Positions 57,848-64,000 of a DNA stretch of 64,000 bases are shown in pieces (the first letter of the stretch is position 1; the number at the start of each line of letters is the position of its first letter). The stretch is taken from assembly GCA_037447605.1 (NCBI GenBank), contig CM074813.1, forward strand, positions 1,426,001 to 1,490,000, in the 5' to 3' direction. The translations under genes and the position numbers were made by a program. The notes beneath the pieces are model-generated. The model worked only from the letters and a program-made list of their open reading frames with translations. It had not been told where the DNA came from and did not search any database. Origin of the DNA: Zygnema circumcarinatum SAG 698-1b (taxonomy: Eukaryota > Plantae > Zygnematophyceae).

Positions 57848-59785
57848 AGTTTTAAATGCGACTCTATGTCCGGGTTATGCGTTCACAGACAATGCATCAC
57901 GATTACCTCCCCTGGCCAGCACAAGATAAGTGGGGTTAAGAAGCTGGCTGAGCTAGTTGCGGTTGCTGTGTCGCGACCACTCCTTGGCGTCCGTGCTGAA
58001 ACTAATGAAGGTTGGGTTGAATGCGTGGAGTACGCACTGCGTATAGAGCGGTCCGAGAGGGTCCCAGTGCAGCCTTGGCGCAGGCGTAGGGATCCCCGAA
58101 TGTTCCCACCCGTGGTTTGGACCCGATCGCAAAGAATAGCCCCTTCCTTGGGGGCTCTCTTCCCTGTCCTCCTGCGGCTATTCTCTTAGCTAGGCTTCTA
58201 GTTATCATAGGTCGTGGGATGGCGTAAGGCGGGGATAGAACAAGATGGTAGCTTGGCATGGTGGCCCGGCAAAGGGAAAGCGAGGACTCAACTTAGATAA
58301 AGGTTGTATTTTGGAAAGTCACCCCAGCCAGCGGATGGCTGGGGATAGTCATAACAATGAAAGGATCTTCTCACTGAAATCTTTGTCTAGCAGGGCTGAA
58401 TGGGATGTCTAAATGCTATCAGACAAAGGAAACTCTTTCTCTCTCTCTCTCTCCCATCTATGGCATGGAACTCTCTCTCTCTCACACTTAGCATGCATTT
58501 AGCTGGGCGAAGAGGAAGAAAGAGAAGAACAAGACAACAAACCATACGGCAAATACAAATACTAAGCTGACACTAAAAGACAAACAAGCATCCAGCGACA
58601 TCCCATCTACTTAACAGCATTGATAGATCTTGAGCGCGGTGGCTTGAGGCCACGATTGGCCAAGCCTTGCTTGAGAACTTTGGCCCGACTCACGTGGAGG
58701 CAACCCGGATAGGTCAGCGAATGATGTCGGCGGCGTGGCGGTATTGTTCAGTGTATATTGGCGGATAGTGTGCACCGTTCCGTGGGCCCGCCAGCGCGTA
58801 GGCGCCGCCCTTCTCATTCTCGTTGGCGGCTCACGGATTCCGTGATAAAAATTTGACCGAGGAAGAGGCATATGTCAAGTACAATTGGCCCAGCCTTGGT
58901 CAGTTGAACACAGCTCGATTCTGCAGCTATATCACATGGCACATCGCAGGGGGAGAAAAACAAGCCTTGGCGCCCTAGCAGTACATAATGAAGAAAGACA
59001 AAGAGGCGAGGGGGAGGGAGACAATGATGTGGCGTGGGCCGAAGGGCAGCGTACGTGAAGACGAGAGTCGGCGTATAGAAACTTCGGCGTACATTGTTGA
59101 GAGAAATGAGGGGGTACTCCGGGGAGGACCGTGTCGGAAGAGCGGCCCATTTGGCAAAATATGGGCAAAAAGTGGCGAGGGGAAGTCTTGAGAGGTGGCG
59201 GTAGGGAATTAGAAATGGACCAATGAGGGAGTGCGTCATGGCGGTAAAGAAGAGGGGAGGCCCATTGTGTCGTGTGAGCAGTCAGCCATCAGCGAGGGGG
59301 AGGAACGGCGGCGTGGCGACGCAGTGTCGATCGGTGTGAGAGCATGGCGCGGGCGTTCCCACCCGTCGAGGGGCCCCTCGAGCGATGATGGCCCAACACA
59401 GGATCTCTCGGCGGACCGACACAAATGAAGGGGGCCCGACCACGGAAAGCCCGTTGAGTCGGTTTGGCGAGATTCACGAGGAAGGCCAAATGAGGCGGCA
59501 CCACCTGATTAAGGGAGGAAGCGGTAAAGCGCCTCCAGTCGGTAGGGATTTACATCGCACATGCTTGGCGTTAGAAGAATGAGTAAGGAGAGCCATAGGT
59601 CTAGGGTTTGAAGCGGAGGGCGAGGCTGGCGGCAGATCGGGGAAGGCGCGTCATAAAATTGGAAGAGGCTGGCGAGAGAGGAGGTCAAAGGAATCACGGG
59701 GCTTCGGCCATAAGAAGGAGCTTCGTAGGGAGAAGAAACCGTGGAGAGTGAGCGAGAGGTGTTATGCGTGAAGACCGGGGAGGGT

Positions 59786-60814
59786 TGTTAGTGTATGATA
59801 GTTAGCATGTTTTTGTTGGAACATTAGTTTTGTGTGTTTGTGTTGTGTGTTTTCTTGGCGGCGGTGTGCGCCTAAGTTAGTAAGCGTGAGGGAGATACGG
59901 ACATTTGGTGGCCGGGCCTTGGCCCAGCTGGCCCAGTGAGAAGTGACAGGGGCGGTAGCGGCCGAATCCGGAAAATGGCGATGGCGGCGGGGCCGGCGGC
60001 GGAGTGAAGATAATGAAAGCGGCCAGCGAATCGCCCAGTCGGAAGTGGCGGTGGCGGCGTCAACCTTTGGATTGAGCGATTCGGACTTGGCGATCGCGGC
60101 GTCAAAGATGTCGTGTAGCGGTCATCATTTATGCGGGCGTCGGATGCCGATGGCGTCGCGGCTTGGCTGGCCTTGAGTTTGGCCAGCGTCATCAATCTTA
60201 GGCCGAGGGTCCGGATCTGCGGTAGCGGGCGTGGATTAGCTTAGAGGCAGTGGTCGGCCCGGAGGAAGCATGCAGGATCCGTGTGGTAGAAGCGAAGGAT
60301 CAGCAGCGCGGGGATGAGGATCAGGATAGGGCCCTTGCGGGGCGCCTTCGCCCGATGTTGAGCCGTTGTATGGTAGTATCCTGGATGTTGTGACATAGTA
60401 TATAGTGTGTTGTTTTGTTTGGTTGTTAATCTTTAACTTCCTGATTATCAACGTAGCTATTATTGCTAGACTCTGAGAAGGCGTCTTCGTGTTCTTTGAA
60501 CATTACACTTCTTTGTCGCTGCTTGAGGTAGTGGGCTTTTGAGTTTATTGGGCTGTTATTTGAGGGGTCTCATTTTGTGTTGATAAGATTATTATTAAAA
60601 GGAGTTTTAGTAGAGCTTTCTCATCCTTTTCTCTCTGTTATTCGGTATTAAATGATGAGAGGTTCGCTCTGTGAGTAAAATGAGCTATGAGAGTGAAGAA
60701 AATGTAGAGTTTGGGAAATGTCATCCCATCTGATTGAGCCTTTGAACTCGATGGAAGGTACGCTGATCACGAGTGGAGAAAGCGGCAGCATACGGAAGTG
60801 GAAGTCCACCAACA
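59786..60814 (+). mobile_element. 5' LTR of Ty1/copia retrotransposon, followed by a tRNA-iMet primer-binding site
   Basis: TGTTAG...CCAACA termini. TGGTATCGAGAGC at 60820-60832 resembles the canonical TGGTATCAGAGC PBS. Confidence 0.8.
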
Positions 60815-60819
60815 AAAAT

Positions 60820-63800
60820 TGGTATCGAGAGCTCATGACGACAGGGAGGACCGCGTCAAGTTGATATACCGGCGTTTGATGGGGCGGGGATTACAAGGCA
60901 TGGAGATGGAGGTTGGTGCCTTTGCTTGTGAAGCCGAGGGTTGCTTGGGCATGTTGTTGGCGCATCAAGGCGCGGAGTTACGGTTGGAGCCTGGCGGGCG
61001 GCGGTCCGGAGCACGGCGGTAAGCTACGATGGAAGGCCAAGGACAACAAAGCCACGACGCGATTGTTATGGCGTAAGAGGAAGTCCATCCTCTATCTTTT
61101 GTATGATCACGAAAACCTCTCATGCTATGTGGAAGGAAGTGTCACAGGGAGATGTATGATGTGAAAGACAATGTGACTATAGTGAGTGGAGTCTTTACCT
61201 TCGGCCCCAGAAGCCGAATGAAGATGACGGAGGAGAAACTAGAAGCTTATATGAGGTGGGATTTGATGCATTGATGGAGAGGTTCATAGCACTTGGGAAG
61301 CGGATTAGATCACCGGACCATAAGATAAGAAGCCCCCGGTTCTAAGGGGTTTGCCGGAGATTCAGTTTAGGTGGCGGCCTTGAGGCGGTTAGAATACATG
61401 GCGGCGAGCGAGTTAGCGTAGGATAAAGAGGAGGGAGGATTGATTGAGGGATGTCGGCCAAGAGAAGAAGGTGCTGGCGTTGCACACGACCGAATCGAAG
61501 AGGAGGAGGCGCCCCGAAGTCAGCCCGAGGAGAACGCTCGAATGTGACATGCTTCACATGTGGCAAGACCGGCCCACTACCGGCTGACATTTCCGTTTCA
61601 TGATCGGAGAAGGGAGAGGAAACGACTTCATCCGGCAGAAGAAGGAGAAAGAGGCGTTCCGGTGGCGCTTGTTTGAAGTGCAAGAAGGAGAGGTAGCGGG
61701 GATTGAGGCTATGAGTACTTGATTGAAACGACCTACATCTTTGGCGAGAATCACGGAAACGCCGCGATTTTGTGGGAAGGATTGAGCGAGAGGGCTGGCG
61801 GCGTGGGCGATTGACTCCGGCGCGTCCTTACGTATGTCTTGAGGCGCATCGATGTTCTCAAAGCTCGACACCTTGGGCGGACTTCGCTGGAGTTCATTCG
61901 GCAACGATTGAAGGAGTCCGTGGCCGAGGTGGAAGTGAGGATGGTCACCGAGCGGCTGCGGTCATGGTTGAGCGGGAAAGCTGCGCGTGGTGATGATATT
62001 CTTCACCCACTGGCCTGCATCTGCGAGAATTTCATGTCACGTGAGCCAAGGGTGTGCAGGAATCTGATGTTACATTTGAGGGGAGAAGTCATGCGTGGCA
62101 TCTGGCTCCCGAGGCGGGAGGCAGTATTCGGGGGTTATGAGAGGAGGGCGTATTATCTTGATTATAAGAGGGAGAATCATGAGGGAGGTGAATGCGGTTC
62201 GAGGAGAATGCGTGATGTATGGCATGGTAGACTTGGTCCGAATTTGGTGAGGGAGGCTAGTCACAGAGTGGGCTGGGCAGGGTGTAGTGGAGAAGGAGTT
62301 GGGGGTTTCTTGAAATGTGTGGAGGGGAACCAAGGCCTGCCTGAGGAAATGACCTTGTGAGGTGAGCGAGGTCACATCGGCCAGCCGAGAGAAGTTGGGT
62401 GAGGTGCGTTCACGACTTGTGTGGCCCGGTTACGCGGCGACGGTGGCGGGCGAGGTACTTAGATCACCTTCGCCCACAGCGACTATTAGAGGGAAGATTT
62501 GGATTACACTCCTGAAGAACAAGTCAGAGGCCTTCGGAGCCTTTCGAGACTGGCTAAACGAGGCGGAGACAGAGACGGGACTGAAGCTGAAGGCTTTCCG
62601 CTCAGACAATGGTGGCGAGTTCAAATCGAAGGAATTCGCGGCGTTTCGGAAGAACCGCGGTATAAGGCATGAATTCTCGATACATTCCCCGCGAGTAATG
62701 GGCGGTGAGCGTGTGAATGGGACATTGGGGGCATGCTTGGAGACCATGTTGATTGATTCCCCTTTCAGGCTTCCTTTTTGGTGAGAGTTTCTAAAATTTA
62801 TTTACGTAGGGAAACGGTCGTAAGATGTACGTTACGAAAGGCAGAATCCCTGGCGGATGTGGAGTGGGAGGGAAGCCCAGCGATTTCCACACGAGGAAGG
62901 ACCTTTTGGTAGCGCGCGATCTTTGGGCTACGCGCCCCAAAGCGCGAAGAAGAATTCGGCCGGCGTGGGGAGACTCGTGCTTTCGGCTTCACAACACAGC
63001 GGCCCGCACATACGGGGTTTGGAACCCTCGGTGAAGAGTTCTCCGGGCGAGGCATTACGATTGATGAAGATATGAGTGTGGTTGGCGTGTTGCAGAACTC
63101 ACCAGATCTTACACACTCCGGCCGAGAAGACGACCTCGAGATGCATTATGCGAGGAGGGAAAGCTTGTTGATTGGAGAAGGGGTAGTGCTTTGTGCGGGT
63201 GCAGCGCGTCGGCAAAAGAGGAAACGTGGCGGCGACAAGTGGCCGGTGATGATGTGAAACGCCCGTGTGGAGGCGCATGCGAGGAGGAAACGCCGCGATT
63301 CGGCGGAGGCGATTCGCTCCGGTTGGTGAAAGGGAAGGGGAAACTTCGGTGGAGAGCGGTCAAGCGCAAGATTGAGAAGGGAAGGATCTTAGGCGGCGAG
63401 AGGGAGAACAATGTTAGCGAACATGCCCCAGTTTTGTTCCGGACTCTCTTTCTACGAGGGCAGTCTGCGAAACGTTGATCCGGGGCTGAACAGAGGCGAC
63501 GGTCGGTTTTCGCTGGTGCCGATCGGTCAGAGAGTGCCATCGGTCGGTGACCTTGTGGGGAGTTGCCCCTTGCTTGTTTTCGTGGTCCTGCAGAGCCACT
63601 GAGACCTTTGAGGAGGCGCCGCGGCTGGTGGAATGGCGATAAGTGGCCGGGTTGCGTTGTGCTTGAATGGGGCAGGCGTCGAAGGAAGCGACGCGTGGAG
63701 ATTGGAGGGCGCCTGAGGGGAGGCCCATTTGCTCCGGCGGTACACCGTGGTCTTCTGGAAGGTCAAAGAGGAAGGCTGGGGCGGGCGTGGACCCTAGGTG

Positions 63801-64000
63801 CAAGAGAGGCGGTTGAGTGGCGAAAAAGGATCTGACCAGCGGTATGGGATTGACTACACATGGAGACGTTGGCTCGATTGGTAAGTTCAATTCCACGAGA
63901 GCCTTGATTTCCATTCTGCGGCGAGGCTGAAGGAATGCACGTCCATCAATTGGACATCAAGACGACATTTCTGTATGGTGATCTCATAGAAGAGATTTAC
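60820..64000 (+). mobile_element. Degenerate Ty1/copia gag-pol (frameshifts and stops), continuing beyond the window
   Basis: Gag-pre-integrase-like WHGRLGP (about 62220). Integrase core KNKSEAF...KLKAFRSDNGGEFKS...GIRHEF (62500-62780). RT start EGMHVHQLDIKTTFLYGDLIEEIY (about 63930-64000). The integrase-before-RT order is diagnostic of copia. Confidence 0.9.

Noticed and set aside
57850-59785. Possible additional gene or retroelement ORF
   Set aside because: Only short broken frames with faint gag-like hints are present. It is probably decayed retroelement DNA, but I cannot support a specific call or orientation.

Overview
Eukaryotic nuclear DNA from a streptophyte (plant lineage; the intron style and GA/CT microsatellite load suggest a charophyte alga or non-seed plant, but the species cannot be identified from sequence). 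It contains two 10-N assembly gaps. I reconstructed seven protein-coding genes by hand from splice sites and reading-frame phase: GNOM-type ARF-GEF (+, 5' end outside the window), a 23-exon RTEL1 helicase (-), a USP16/45-like ubiquitin protease (+, head-to-head with RTEL1), a GH3 beta-glucosidase with an N-terminal membrane anchor (+), inositol-tetrakisphosphate 1-kinase (-), a cofactor-dependent phosphoglycerate mutase with a transit-peptide-like extension (-), and an EXORDIUM/Phi-1-domain protein that appears to splice onto a transmembrane exon and a cytosolic tail (-). The right end holds a degenerate Ty1/copia element and a related solo LTR. The most unusual observations are (1) the membrane-anchored EXORDIUM-like protein with a possible secreted read-through isoform, (2) a tRNA-Cys-like cloverleaf with an abnormal anticodon loop inside a repeat mosaic, (3) four Tourist-like MITEs in tandem sharing TAA target sites, and (4) a MITE with a 6-bp target-site duplication. 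All exon coordinates were counted manually and need RNA-seq confirmation.
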